DNA of 64,000 nt from Nitrospirota bacterium (GCA_963751455.1 CAVVUN010000001.1:544001-608000); one strand, 5' to 3'. Shown: positions 49,962 through 60,145, counted from the stretch's first letter. The notes: generated by a model not told the origin, from the sequence alone. A program made the numbers and translations.

Positions 49962-50915
49962 CTATTCGCGAACGACCGTTCCCGTGAGCGACATGAAGAA
50001 TTGTTCGAGATTCGCCGCACCGTGCACAAGCGACAGTATGCCTATGCCGCGGTGTTCAAACAGCGCTATAACGTCCGCAATGGTCCTGGTCGGCGCACGG
50101 CTTATCAACGTGAGCGTCTTGTCTTTACATCCAACCATGGATACGCTGGGCAGGGCCATGAGCTGCTTCTCCACTGCTTCTGAAATCCGTGCGTCGGTCT
50201 TTATTTCTATAACGCCTTGCCCATGACGTGCGAGAAGTTCAGCTACCTTTCCCGTCGAGATAATCTTTCCCCTGTCCATGATGGCTATCTCTTCGCACAG
50301 ATATTCGACCTCTTCCATATAATGGCTCGTGTATACGATGGTCATCCCGTCCGCGTTCATATGCTTCAGGCTTTCATAAATGAAGTGCCTGGACTGGGGG
50401 TCTATGCCGACCGTGGGCTCATCAAGAAAAAGTATCTGCGGGCTGTGAATGAGGCCGACCGCAAGGCTCAAGCGGCGTTTTAACCCGCCGGAGAAGGTGT
50501 CGACGCGTTTTTCCGCCAGGTTGTTCATGTTGGCTACATCAAGGCAGCAATCAATTCTTTCGCTGAGGTAAGCGCCCTTTAGTCCCTGCATTTTTCCGAA
50601 AAATTTCAGGTTCTCACGAGCGGTCAGTGTGGGATACAAGGCTATGTCCTGCGGCACATACCCTATTGTCCCCTTGATCTTTGCTATGCCGTCTTTTGTA
50701 GAAATGCCGGATATGAAAACGTCTCCTGAGTCCGGTCTGAGCAGGGTGCAGAGGATCGACAACATCGTCGTCTTTCCCGCGCCGTTGGGGCCGAGAAGGC
50801 CGAAGAAGCTGCCTTTCCGCACGGAAAGGGTTATTCCATCCACAGCTGGCTTGTCGGACCCTGTGTACGTCTTGTAGACGGATGATATCTCTATTATGTT
50901 TTGCGAATTAAACAT
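49962..50915 (-). CDS. ABC-2 exporter ATP-binding protein
   Basis: GPNGAGKT, FSGG, LDEPT. Confidence 0.95.
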   Translation of the reverse strand: MFNSQNIIEISSVYKTYTGSDKPAVDGITLSVRKGSFFGLLGPNGAGKTTMLSILCTLLRPDSGDVFISGISTKDGIAKIKGTIGYVPQDIALYPTLTARENLKFFGKMQGLKGAYLSERIDCCLDVANMNNLAEKRVDTFSGGLKRRLSLAVGLIHSPQILFLDEPTVGIDPQSRHFIYESLKHMNADGMTIVYTSHYMEEVEYLCEEIAIMDRGKIISTGKVAELLARHGQGVIEIKTDARISEAVEKQLMALPSVSMVGCKDKTLTLISRAPTRTIADVIALFEHRGIGILSLVHGAANLEQFFMSLTGTVVRE

Positions 50916-50924
50916 CTATATAAA

Positions 50925-51079
50925 TTCGTAACCATTCAGCTTCTTTTCAGAACGGCATTAAGACAAATCTGAGAAAAAACCCTTCTATCCGCAGATTTCG
51001 CAGATTTACGCAGATTTTAACCGGAATTCTGGTTTTGTTTTTATCTGCGAAATCTGCGTAATCTGCGGATAAAAAAATG
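50925..51079. repeat. MITE-like family A repeat
   Basis: tatccgcagatttcgcagattt.../...aatctgcgtaatctgcggata inverted arms. Confidence 0.75.
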
Positions 51080-51171
51080 CAGCGCTGCTTATTGTACCTC
51101 ACGAGGGTCATGGGCGTCAACTTTGCGTTCGCGAGGTAAGAACCGGACAGAGTACGTTTCGGCTGCACGCA

Positions 51172-51747
51172 TTAACTACGAATTTTCTTAAGCAGCCAGC
51201 TCATATTCTTACCGAGGTTTTTCATCGTTTGCACGCCTTCCGTATCGTTGTTCACCTCGCCCGGCTGGCGACCGATGCCGATATTCCAGTATGTCGACCC
51301 GGGAATGATCATTCCGCTTATCGAGAAAAAATAATTGAGAGAATTAAAAACATTGATGGCTCCGGCGCGCCTCACCGCGACAACCGCTGCTCCTGCTTTT
51401 CGGGTGTACATATCGGTATTCGCTCGGCCGACCATGCCGGCCCGTTCAATAAGCGCCTTCATGGACGCCGAAACATCGGCAAAGTACGTCGGTGAACCGA
51501 GCAAAATGCCGTCGGCATCGATCATTTTTTCGATGCACTCATTCACGATGTCTTTTTCCACGTTGCACCGCTGGTTCTTTTTCTCGAAGCACTTGAAGCA
51601 TCCGATGCAACCCTGGATCGGTTTTCCCGCCAGGCTGTACAGCTCCGTCTCGACACCTTCGTTCTTCAGTTCATCCAGAACGAGATTGAGCAGAATAGCG
51701 GTGTTCCCCTCTTTCCGCGCGCTGCCGTTAAATGCAATTACCTTCAT
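51172..51747 (-). CDS. Iron-sulfur flavoprotein / NADPH-dependent FMN reductase family
   Basis: NGSARKEGNT, CIGCFKC....C, GSPTY. Confidence 0.9.
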   Translation of the reverse strand: MKVIAFNGSARKEGNTAILLNLVLDELKNEGVETELYSLAGKPIQGCIGCFKCFEKKNQRCNVEKDIVNECIEKMIDADGILLGSPTYFADVSASMKALIERAGMVGRANTDMYTRKAGAAVVAVRRAGAINVFNSLNYFFSISGMIIPGSTYWNIGIGRQPGEVNNDTEGVQTMKNLGKNMSWLLKKIRS

Positions 51748-52019
51748 ATGACGTCCTCCTTCGGTTACCTTAAAAGCAATCGATACAAACCGGATATCAA
51801 GTCATTCCCCGGGGCTTTCTCGGGAATATCGTTTAAACCGGGTCCTTCTTGACGCCCTTCCCGGCTGTTGCCAAAACGCCGGGTCAGCCGGGATGACTGA
51901 AGGCCTGCGACTTGTGGCTGGAATCAGAACAAACTGCCACGTTATAACATAAATGTGCGTTTTTTGAAACAGACTTCTCAGCAGTGAAATCAATGAGGTT
52001 GAACGTGGAAAAAATATCG

Positions 52020-52067
52020 TTGACAAATACCGCTCGAATAACTATATTTTTAATGACCGACCGGTCA
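52020..52067 (+). promoter_or_regulatory. Sigma70 promoter with TetR-type operator
   Basis: TTGACA-17 nt-TATATT followed by palindrome TGACCG-AC-CGGTCA (52054-52067). Confidence 0.75.
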
Positions 52068-52088
52068 GTCAAATTTTAAGGAGCGGAC

Positions 52089-52685
52089 ATGTCGCCCAAG
52101 GTCGTGGATAAGGAAGAAAAGAAAAAAACGATCCTGAACGCAGCCAGGGCGGTATTTGCCCGGAAAGGGATCGCATCTGCCAAGATGGAGGATGTCTCCG
52201 TTGAAGCCGGAATCGGCAAAGGCACGATTTACGAATATTTCCGGAGCAAGGACGATATCTTTTTTGCCCTCTTCGAACAGATGAAGATCGAACTGCACCG
52301 GCGGATTTTTGAAGTGGACAGGACCCTGCCGCCCCGGGAAAAGCTGCACCTCCTTATCAGGTCAGCGCTTCTCGCCTTCGAGCAGTGGCGCGACTTCGGG
52401 TATATCCTGCTGGATTTCTGGGCCATGCATAAAGGCGGGTCGTCCACCAGAATACGGTTCGACGAAATTTACGATGATGCCCGCTCCATCCTTTCTGCCC
52501 TGATCAGGGAGGGCATCAAAACCGGGGACTTTAAAAAAGTAAATCCTGCGAATGCCGCATCGGCGATTATTGCGATATTTGACGGGCTGCTCCTTCAATG
52601 GATATTCAATCCCAAAAGCTTTTCCCTGAAAACAATCGCCGATACGGTTTCGGATATGATTTCGGTCGGCATAGAAATAGACTAA
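52089..52685 (+). CDS. TetR-family regulator
   Basis: AGIGKGTIYEYF.SK HTH. Confidence 0.95.
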   Translation: MSPKVVDKEEKKKTILNAARAVFARKGIASAKMEDVSVEAGIGKGTIYEYFRSKDDIFFALFEQMKIELHRRIFEVDRTLPPREKLHLLIRSALLAFEQWRDFGYILLDFWAMHKGGSSTRIRFDEIYDDARSILSALIREGIKTGDFKKVNPANAASAIIAIFDGLLLQWIFNPKSFSLKTIADTVSDMISVGIEID

Positions 52686-52695
52686 GAGGTCGCTG

Positions 52696-53379
52696 ATGAT
52701 TACGATTAAGAACGCCGGCAAAACCTATCACCAGGGCGCCAAGGAGATCCAGGCGCTCAGGAATGTTTCGCTTACGATCGGGAAAGGAGAGTTCCTGAGC
52801 ATCATGGGACCCTCTGGTTCGGGAAAAAGCACGCTTCTGAATCTCATCGGCGGGCTCGATCAGCCCACAACGGGCGAAATCTTCATCGACGGCAAACCGC
52901 TGCACGGCATTTCCGACGACGAGCTCACGCTGACGCGCCGAAGAAAGGTCGGATTCATCTTTCAATTCTTCAACCTTTTGCCGATCCTGACCGCGGCCGA
53001 GAATGTGGCGCTGCCGCTTTTGCTCGAAGGCATCCCCTTTTCGAAAGTGAAGCCGAAGGCGGAAGCGCTTCTGCATAAAGCCGGGCTCGGCGGCCGTATC
53101 GAGCACCGTCCGGAGCAGCTTTCAGGCGGTGAGATGCAGCGCGTCGCGATCGCCCGGGCATTGATCGCCAATCCGGCAGTGCTCCTTGCGGACGAGCCTA
53201 CCGGGAACCTGGATTCCCATACCAGCGAGGAAATATTCCGGCTCCTCGAGGGGCTCCATGCGGACGGACAGACGATCGTGATGGTGACCCACGATGACAA
53301 GGCGGCATTGCACGGTACGCGAACCATAATGCTCAAGGACGGCTGTATCGCGGAGGACAAGGCGACGAGATGCCGTTAG
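52696..53379 (+). CDS. LolD/MacB-type ABC ATP-binding protein
   Basis: GPSGSGKST, LSGGE, ADEPTGNLD. Confidence 0.95.
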   Translation: MITIKNAGKTYHQGAKEIQALRNVSLTIGKGEFLSIMGPSGSGKSTLLNLIGGLDQPTTGEIFIDGKPLHGISDDELTLTRRRKVGFIFQFFNLLPILTAAENVALPLLLEGIPFSKVKPKAEALLHKAGLGGRIEHRPEQLSGGEMQRVAIARALIANPAVLLADEPTGNLDSHTSEEIFRLLEGLHADGQTIVMVTHDDKAALHGTRTIMLKDGCIAEDKATRCR

Positions 53380-53386
53380 AACTGAA

Positions 53387-53492
53387 ATGCATTGCATATT
53401 GCATGTTGCAAACTTCAAATTGTAAATTTGTTTATATCCTGGCGGCTTAAAATATTTTTTCAGTTTGCAATTTACATTTTGCAATATGCAAT
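53387..53492. repeat. Intergenic palindrome of 7-mer (ttgcaa-type) iterations
   Basis: cattgcatattgca.../...tgcaatatgcaatg. Confidence 0.65.
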
Positions 53493-53504
53493 GATCTTTT
53501 TCCT

Positions 53505-56096
53505 ATGAACCTTCTTAATCTCGTAAAACACATCAGCCTGCGCCGTATCCGCCTTCAGAAGGTGCACACCCTCATGACGATTTCCGGCATTTGTCTTGGT
53601 GTGGCCGCCATCATCTCTATCGGGATCGTCAATAAAAGCGTGCTGCGCTCTTTCGAGGACTCTATTAACCGCGTAACCGGCCGGGCGGCGCTCCAGGTCA
53701 CCGCAGCCGCTTCCGGCTTCCCCGAGAGCGTGATTGACCGGGTTCAGAATGTACCGGGTGTCGAGTATGCGGTCCCGGTCATCGATACCCAGGGAATCCT
53801 GGTCGGAGCAAAAGAGCCGAGCCTGATGATCCTCGGCGTTGACGTTCTGCAGGACGGTAATATCCGGGATTATAAGCTTTCGGAAGAGAACGCCGATATC
53901 CCGGACCCCCTCCTCTTCCTCGCGCGTCCCGACTCGATTATCCTGACCAAGGAACTTGCCGAGCGCGAAGGCATCAAAATCGACCAGACAATAGAGGTGC
54001 AGACGGTCCGGGGCATCAGGACTTTCCGCGTGCGGGGCTTGCTCAATCCGGAAGGCCCGGCAAGGACGATGGGCGGGAACATTGCGATCATGGATTATCC
54101 TGCCGCCCAGATGGCGTTCGGGAAGGAAGGGCGGATCGACCGGATCGATGTCAGCCTGCTTGGCGGCGAAGACCTCGAGACCGTGCGCGACCGGATCAAA
54201 AAGGCCGTGCCCGAAGGATACAACGTCGTGACTCCCGAAGGCAGGACCAGGCAGGTCGAGCTTCTCGTATCCAATTTTCAGAAGAACATCAACCTTATCA
54301 GCTTCATCGCGGTCTTCGTAGGGATGTACCTGATATACAACGCCGTCTCAATCTCGGTTGTCCAGAGAAGAAAAGAGATAGGCATTCTCCGGGCACTCGG
54401 CACGACCCGCAAAGAGATCATCTCGCTTTTTCTCGGCGAAACGTTTGTTCTGGCGATCATCGGATCCGCGATCGGGGTGGGCGTCGGCATATTTTTCGCC
54501 CGTTCCGCCATGGGCGCGGTCACCGATGCCGTTTCGGAACTGTATGTCCGTACTTCGGTTACGGAGATAGCAATCTCCTGGCCCAATCTGGTCATAGGCT
54601 TTGTGACCGGCATCATCGCCAGCCTCGGGGCGGCCCTATTCCCTGCTGTCACAAGCACCCGCATCAGCCCGATCTCGGCCATCCGGTCCGTCCCTTACTC
54701 GGACGACGGGTTCCTGTCGCACGCGAAGCTCAGGTTGACCTCTCTCCTGTTTGTTTCCTGCGCCCTTGTCCTTCTTTTCCTTTATACAACCTTTCCGTCC
54801 TCGCGCCTTCTGCATACCACGACAACCATGTTCACGGCGACAATACTGCTGCTGCTCGGCATTTCGCTGGCCATGCCGACCGTGCTCCAGGTTTTCCTCG
54901 TATTTTTCCGGTATGCGCTCTCGTCGCGCGTCGGAGCGGCGGGAAGACTCGCCGGTCTCAATCTCCAGAAGAACATCGGAAGGAACTCGGTCGCGGCCGC
55001 GGCAATATTCTACGGGATATCGGTATTTGTCAGTTCGGCAGGAATCATCTACAGCACGAAAACATCAGTGATCGAATGGATAGACTCCTATGTGCGCGGA
55101 GACATCATCGTAACCTCAGGCCATCCCGTCGCGTCGACGGGGGCCCAGAACATCCCCATGCCGGTCGAAATGTGGAAAGCTATTGAAAAAGTGCCGGGTG
55201 TCCTCTCAGCCGATCCGTTCAGAAAAATCTGGGTGGACTATCGCGCCAGAAGGATCCTGCTCCTGGCCCTTGACGTCCCGAGGAGGATGGAATACAGCCC
55301 ATTCCTGACAGCCAGGGGAACCCGGGCAGACATGAAGCGGCTGCTGCCGAGCGGGGACTACATAGCAATGAATGAGGCCCTTTCCCGCCAGGAGCACCTC
55401 AAGCCCGGCGATACAATCATGCTCCCGACGCCGCAGGGCCCGGTTGCTTTTGCCATAGCCGTGATCAATGTTGATTACAGCTCCGATTCCGGCTCGATCC
55501 TCATGGATATCCATACCTACCAGCGTTACTGGAAAGAGTACCTCGCGGATTCCTTTTCGGTAAAGGTAAAGCCGGGAGAAAGCGTACAGACCGTCCGGGA
55601 TGAGCTCGTGAGCAGGTTTGGAAAGGACCGTAAACTGTTCGCGCTCCCTTCAAAGGAATTCCGGGACGAGATCCGGAAGATCATCGACCAGGGATTTGCC
55701 GTAAACCATGCGGTCAACGCGATCACGCTGCTCATTGCCGGTCTCGGCATCATCGTCACGCTTCTCGCGTCCGTGCTCGAGCGGACCCGCGAGATCGGGA
55801 TTCTCAGATCGATCGGAATGCTCCGTGGTCAGGTTTCTGGCGTCGTCGTGGTCGAATCAATTCTTCTCGGCATCATCGGGGGCTCGCTCGGCGCGTGCGC
55901 CGGAATGATCATCGGATGGATGAGCCTTGAAGGCTTTCTGCGGGGCGACTACGGCGCGAGCCTGCGCTATCATGTCGACTTTGTTTCTATCGGCTGGGCA
56001 CTGGTCTTATCGATGCTGCTCGCCGTCCTTGCCGGGCTCTATCCTGCCCGGCGGGCGGCAAAGACCAATATCGTGGAGGCGCTGTCGTATGAATGA
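53505..56096 (+). CDS. FtsX-like duplicated ABC permease
   Basis: Two R..EIGILR.LG motifs, MacB-like periplasmic domains. Confidence 0.9.
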   Translation: MNLLNLVKHISLRRIRLQKVHTLMTISGICLGVAAIISIGIVNKSVLRSFEDSINRVTGRAALQVTAAASGFPESVIDRVQNVPGVEYAVPVIDTQGILVGAKEPSLMILGVDVLQDGNIRDYKLSEENADIPDPLLFLARPDSIILTKELAEREGIKIDQTIEVQTVRGIRTFRVRGLLNPEGPARTMGGNIAIMDYPAAQMAFGKEGRIDRIDVSLLGGEDLETVRDRIKKAVPEGYNVVTPEGRTRQVELLVSNFQKNINLISFIAVFVGMYLIYNAVSISVVQRRKEIGILRALGTTRKEIISLFLGETFVLAIIGSAIGVGVGIFFARSAMGAVTDAVSELYVRTSVTEIAISWPNLVIGFVTGIIASLGAALFPAVTSTRISPISAIRSVPYSDDGFLSHAKLRLTSLLFVSCALVLLFLYTTFPSSRLLHTTTTMFTATILLLLGISLAMPTVLQVFLVFFRYALSSRVGAAGRLAGLNLQKNIGRNSVAAAAIFYGISVFVSSAGIIYSTKTSVIEWIDSYVRGDIIVTSGHPVASTGAQNIPMPVEMWKAIEKVPGVLSADPFRKIWVDYRARRILLLALDVPRRMEYSPFLTARGTRADMKRLLPSGDYIAMNEALSRQEHLKPGDTIMLPTPQGPVAFAIAVINVDYSSDSGSILMDIHTYQRYWKEYLADSFSVKVKPGESVQTVRDELVSRFGKDRKLFALPSKEFRDEIRKIIDQGFAVNHAVNAITLLIAGLGIIVTLLASVLERTREIGILRSIGMLRGQVSGVVVVESILLGIIGGSLGACAGMIIGWMSLEGFLRGDYGASLRYHVDFVSIGWALVLSMLLAVLAGLYPARRAAKTNIVEALSYE

Positions 56097-56143
56097 TTTC
56101 CCATTGCGGATTGCGGATCTCGAATTGCGGAATAAAGCGCAGA

Positions 56144-57213
56144 CTAGAGCAGGTACTCCACGTATTCGTTCTCGCACGGCGGTCCGAAGGAAATAAGCAT
56201 TCTCCCCTCTCCTGGAATCATAATAAGGGAACACAAGGACATACTCGCGAACATGGCCGGCTTCGCGGGATCGACATGCGTGCAGATGGATTTGGGATGG
56301 CCTGCATGGTCCGATAAAGATTCCATCATGACTTCCGGCGTGATGGAGCCGTGGGCGCCGTCGATGAGAGCCCGGAGACGGTCTGCGCGATGGAATGAAT
56401 CCTGGATATAGGTATATGCTCCGTCGGTTTTCTTGTACTTCTCGGTCTCATAATGATTAGCATGGACGAGCACGCCGTCCCGCGGCTCGACGATGGCATA
56501 ATCGTCGTACACGCTCTCGATGCCGGACAGAAACCCTGTGCGGTCTCCGATATGGATGTAACCGACGCCCCGCGATGCTTTCAGAGAACGTCCATTGCCT
56601 CCTTCGCGCTCCTTCGGCGCATTGCAGTGTACAGGTAGAATGCGAACGGCACATGCTTCCTCACAGGTGCGGATGGGCAAAGCGTCATGTTCGCGCAGCT
56701 TCCCATCCCGTTTGAAGTCAGATAATAGGCCCCGTATCCGTTGAGAAAGAGACCGAACATTCGGCTTCCGTCATTGCACTCGATTCGGAGCAGATCGAGC
56801 GTGGCATCGGGATGCCAGTCCACGTTCTGGCCGAGGATGGTCACCCCGCCCTTTGTTGCCTCATCGGCCACGCCGAAAGACGTGCACATCCCGGCCAAAC
56901 CGGGATAGTTGACGAACAACTCGCTGTAGCATTGCAGGGCGAAGAGCTCTTTAAACGATATTTCCGCGCCGTCCGCCATCCCTTTCACTCGCTCCAGCGC
57001 CCCAGGGTCAAAGGCTCGAACGTTGTCTAAGAACTTTCGGGCGGCAGCAGTCACAGCGTCTTCCTCCGCCCGATACGGCATGTGCTTCATGGTCGAGAAC
57101 ATCAAGGCCACGGACTTCCGGAGATGCTCCTGCGCCTGCTCCCCGTACTGCCTCCCGATTTCGTACTCGCTCCCGCTGCATTCGATGATTTGAAGTACCT
57201 TTCGCATCTTCAT
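56144..57213 (-). pseudogene. C45 (Ntn) autoproteolytic acyltransferase/peptidase, frameshifted
   Basis: GMCTSF, GQNVDW, VHANH; one-base shift near 56585 splits the ORF. Confidence 0.75.
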
Positions 57214-57222
57214 GAATCACCC

Positions 57223-58092
57223 TCAGTGTTTGGCCAGAAAATCAAGCACCGTGCTGTTGAACTGTTCGGGCTTTTCTACATTCACCATATGGCCCGCACC
57301 CGGTATGATCACCTTTTTCGCCCCGGGAATGTTTTTTTCAAGAGTCTCCACTATCTTTGTGATCATCGGAACATCGCGATTCCCTCTGATCAAAAGTGTT
57401 GGAACGCGGATTTCAGCCAGGCGCTGAACGGCCAACGGAAAAGGCGGACGGGGGAAAAAGATGTTGATCAGCCATACCCGGGAATTTTCAATGGCAATGG
57501 GCCGCAGTTTTGCCGCGACCTCGGGGTTCTCCATGGCAGCCGCATTATACGCGCTCCGGAGCCATGCTTCCCCTGCGGGGGTCCCATCGTCGTTCTGGAT
57601 CGACCAGATGATCTTCATCAGCTCGATCGTATCCTCTGGCGTAAAGGGAAAGCCGCTCAATCCCGGCGCAACCGGGACCAGCGTGGCGACCATATCGGGA
57701 TGGGCGAGACCGAAATCGATGGCGATTCTTCCACCCATGGACAAGCCAATGATATGCGCTTTGCTGACCTTGAGGTATGAGAGCAGCTGGTACAGGTCTT
57801 CGTCGTCGGAATAGGGCTTTGTCGGCGCAGGAGACTTACCGTAGCCCCGCACGTCGTAGCGGATCACCGTATACCGGTCCGAGAAAGCGGAGAACTGGTC
57901 GTCCCAGGTCCTGCGGTCAAAACCGCCCGAGTGGATAAAGACGATGGCCGGCCCGTTCCCTTTCATCTCGTAGTACAGTTTTGTGCCATTTACTTCCGCA
58001 AAACCTGATTTCATTTCCCCTCCATTCCCCGCGGCCGGAAGCGTAAAAACTCCGACCAATACCAGTGCGAGAATTGTGCGCAGATCGAACAT
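57223..58092 (-). CDS. Alpha/beta hydrolase with signal peptide
   Basis: YDVRGYGKS, GLSMG nucleophile elbow, GAGH. Confidence 0.9.
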   Translation of the reverse strand: MFDLRTILALVLVGVFTLPAAGNGGEMKSGFAEVNGTKLYYEMKGNGPAIVFIHSGGFDRRTWDDQFSAFSDRYTVIRYDVRGYGKSPAPTKPYSDDEDLYQLLSYLKVSKAHIIGLSMGGRIAIDFGLAHPDMVATLVPVAPGLSGFPFTPEDTIELMKIIWSIQNDDGTPAGEAWLRSAYNAAAMENPEVAAKLRPIAIENSRVWLINIFFPRPPFPLAVQRLAEIRVPTLLIRGNRDVPMITKIVETLEKNIPGAKKVIIPGAGHMVNVEKPEQFNSTVLDFLAKH

Positions 58093-58180
58093 TGATTTTC
58101 TCCTTCCTGATTTTATTTATGGAGGATTCTATCAGAAAGGGCTTGCGGTGTATTGTAAAAATGCGACACGATGGATTGAC

Positions 58181-58921
58181 TCAGATCTCGCCGGGAGATG
58201 TTTGCATCAGCGATTTAAAATCCCGGATGAAGTGGGATTGGTCGGCATAGCCCCACTCGCAGGCAAGATCGGCGAGGTTCGCCCTGGCCGCGCCGGAGCG
58301 GAGCTGCGACAGGACGTTCTGGAACCGGATGAGTCGGATGAATTTTTTCGGCGACATGCCGGCATGTTCGCGGAACATCCGCTCCAGGGTCCTGGTCGTG
58401 ACGCCCAGGTTTTCCGCGAGCCCGTCCACCCTGATCATTCCACGTGACGACTCGACGAGTTCCGCTGCGCCGCGATATATCCCCTTCGGCGTAACTGACG
58501 CCAAACCGGCTTTATGGAAAAAATCTTCCATGAAACTCCGTTTCGCATCAAGATTACCGGCACGAGAAAGCCGCTCGCCCAGCTCGTCGATGTTTGTGCC
58601 GAGCACCCTCGGCAGGTCCGCCCAACCGTCCACCAGGTCGCCGGGTGCGACATCCGCCACGCGCGGCATGATCCCCGGACGGAACCACACGCAGAAGTAG
58701 TCACAGTTGTTGAACATAGGGATATGCTTCGGCTTGGTGAAGGGACCGACGTAAAGGACCTTACAGCGCGATCCGGCAAGGATGAACACGAGGTCGAAGC
58801 TGCCGTCCGGCGGCGCGTCGAGAAGCCACTGGCCGGCCCTTCCCTTACGCGGCATCAGCCAGAACTTTTCGATCAGCCCGCGGAATTCTTTTCCCGGGCG
58901 CTGTTCGATTCGATGGAGCAT
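58181..58921 (-). CDS. AraC-family regulator (DUF6597-like N-terminus)
   Basis: PDG..DL; RTLER.F....G.SPK; GYADQSHF.RDFK. Confidence 0.9.
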   Translation of the reverse strand: MLHRIEQRPGKEFRGLIEKFWLMPRKGRAGQWLLDAPPDGSFDLVFILAGSRCKVLYVGPFTKPKHIPMFNNCDYFCVWFRPGIMPRVADVAPGDLVDGWADLPRVLGTNIDELGERLSRAGNLDAKRSFMEDFFHKAGLASVTPKGIYRGAAELVESSRGMIRVDGLAENLGVTTRTLERMFREHAGMSPKKFIRLIRFQNVLSQLRSGAARANLADLACEWGYADQSHFIRDFKSLMQTSPGEI

Positions 58922-58959
58922 GAAGACCTCCAGCCTTGAAAAGGTCCTGTTGCAGCTTA

Positions 58960-59151
58960 TTATTGTTTATTTTTTTCTTTATTCCATGCGCGGTCGTAGA
59001 CAGCTTTCTCTTCATTGTCCTTTGGCGGACTATATGCACTGAATTTAGCGTTTGTAACGTATCCAAGAGTGTTAAGATCGACAAAACACTTGTCCCACTT
59101 CGCGTCATCTTTCGCGAACACCTCAATTACTCTTTCACGTAATTTATCCAT
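58960..59151 (-). CDS. Short cassette ORF, probably truncated
   Basis: GAGGAG RBS after attC 59180; no downstream attC seen. Confidence 0.5.
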   Translation of the reverse strand: MDKLRERVIEVFAKDDAKWDKCFVDLNTLGYVTNAKFSAYSPPKDNEEKAVYDRAWNKEKNKQ

Positions 59152-59179
59152 ATGAACTCCTCTTTATCCCGGGGCTTAT

Positions 59180-59239
59180 TCGCAACGCGACGCTGAGGGG
59201 CGCGGTTTTCAGCGACCCTCTCGAGCGTTTTCGTTAGAA
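59180..59239 (-). other. attC site
   Basis: TCGCAAC...GTTAGAA; nearly identical to 12254-12312. Confidence 0.9.
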
Positions 59240-59249
59240 ATCTTCGATG

Positions 59250-59444
59250 TCATTTGTTCCTTGACATCTCTTCGATTGATATACAGTCAGTGCATACCCA
59301 TTTTGTTTCGAGCTTCATTTTCTTTCCGATTTGCTTGAGATGTTTGCGGCAAGTGGCTTTATTACATAGAGAGCATATACCGCCCCTCGACGTATCGAAC
59401 TCGCTGCGACAAATATGACATTTCCAAGGTACGAAGTCTTTCAA
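59250..59444 (-). CDS. Small Cys-rich zinc-finger-like protein
   Basis: CxxC...CxxC...CxxH...CxxC; RBS GAGGCGG. Confidence 0.65.
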   Translation of the reverse strand: MKDFVPWKCHICRSEFDTSRGGICSLCNKATCRKHLKQIGKKMKLETKWVCTDCISIEEMSRNK

Positions 59445-59474
59445 TGATGAGACCCGCCTCTTTAGAATCAGAAT

Positions 59475-60134
59475 TTACCAAAACATACCGTGCCCGCTAA
59501 AGTAGTATCGAGAGAATAATTGAACAACAGAAAAAATAATCGTGATCAGCGCCACAATCCTGAAATGTTTCGCATTGGTCCATGAAAAGGATTTGCTATA
59601 CATCAGTCGGACGCATTCAACTGCAATGATGGCAAAAATGAGATTGTAAAATATGGTTTGTCCAGCGTCTTGAATAAATTCGGCTTGGGTCGCAAATCTT
59701 ATTTTTCTTAGTGTTACTTGTAAATCTGTCGGGATGACTTGAGAGCGCAGAATATGAATTGTATCAATTACCAGGGCGACAAAGAAAGCTATTTTCCTTG
59801 GTAGGTTTGCTGATTCAGAGAAAAAAAGATTCTTGTCGGAAACGACGCCTTCTTTTCTTAACTCAAAGAATACTCGCCAGTAATAATAGGTATTGATGTA
59901 AAGTGCAATCAGGAATAAGCCGTAAATCACACGGAATACCGCAAATAGATTACCGAATGTATCGTATCCGTTATAGAAAAATGGTGAAATGGAGTTAATC
60001 GATAAACCGACAGCTACAAACGTAGAAATGGAGTGGAGTTTATAAGGCGTCGGGGCGCTTAAATTCTGGCGGTAATGCTTTCGAACAAATGTCAGAATTC
60101 TATCGTCAGCCTTTTTTAATGTCTGTTCTATCAT
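59475..60134 (-). CDS. Gene cassette: multi-pass membrane protein
   Basis: Several hydrophobic segments; starts just after attC. Confidence 0.7.
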   Translation of the reverse strand: MIEQTLKKADDRILTFVRKHYRQNLSAPTPYKLHSISTFVAVGLSINSISPFFYNGYDTFGNLFAVFRVIYGLFLIALYINTYYYWRVFFELRKEGVVSDKNLFFSESANLPRKIAFFVALVIDTIHILRSQVIPTDLQVTLRKIRFATQAEFIQDAGQTIFYNLIFAIIAVECVRLMYSKSFSWTNAKHFRIVALITIIFSVVQLFSRYYFSGHGMFW

Positions 60135-60145
60135 AGAACCTCATG

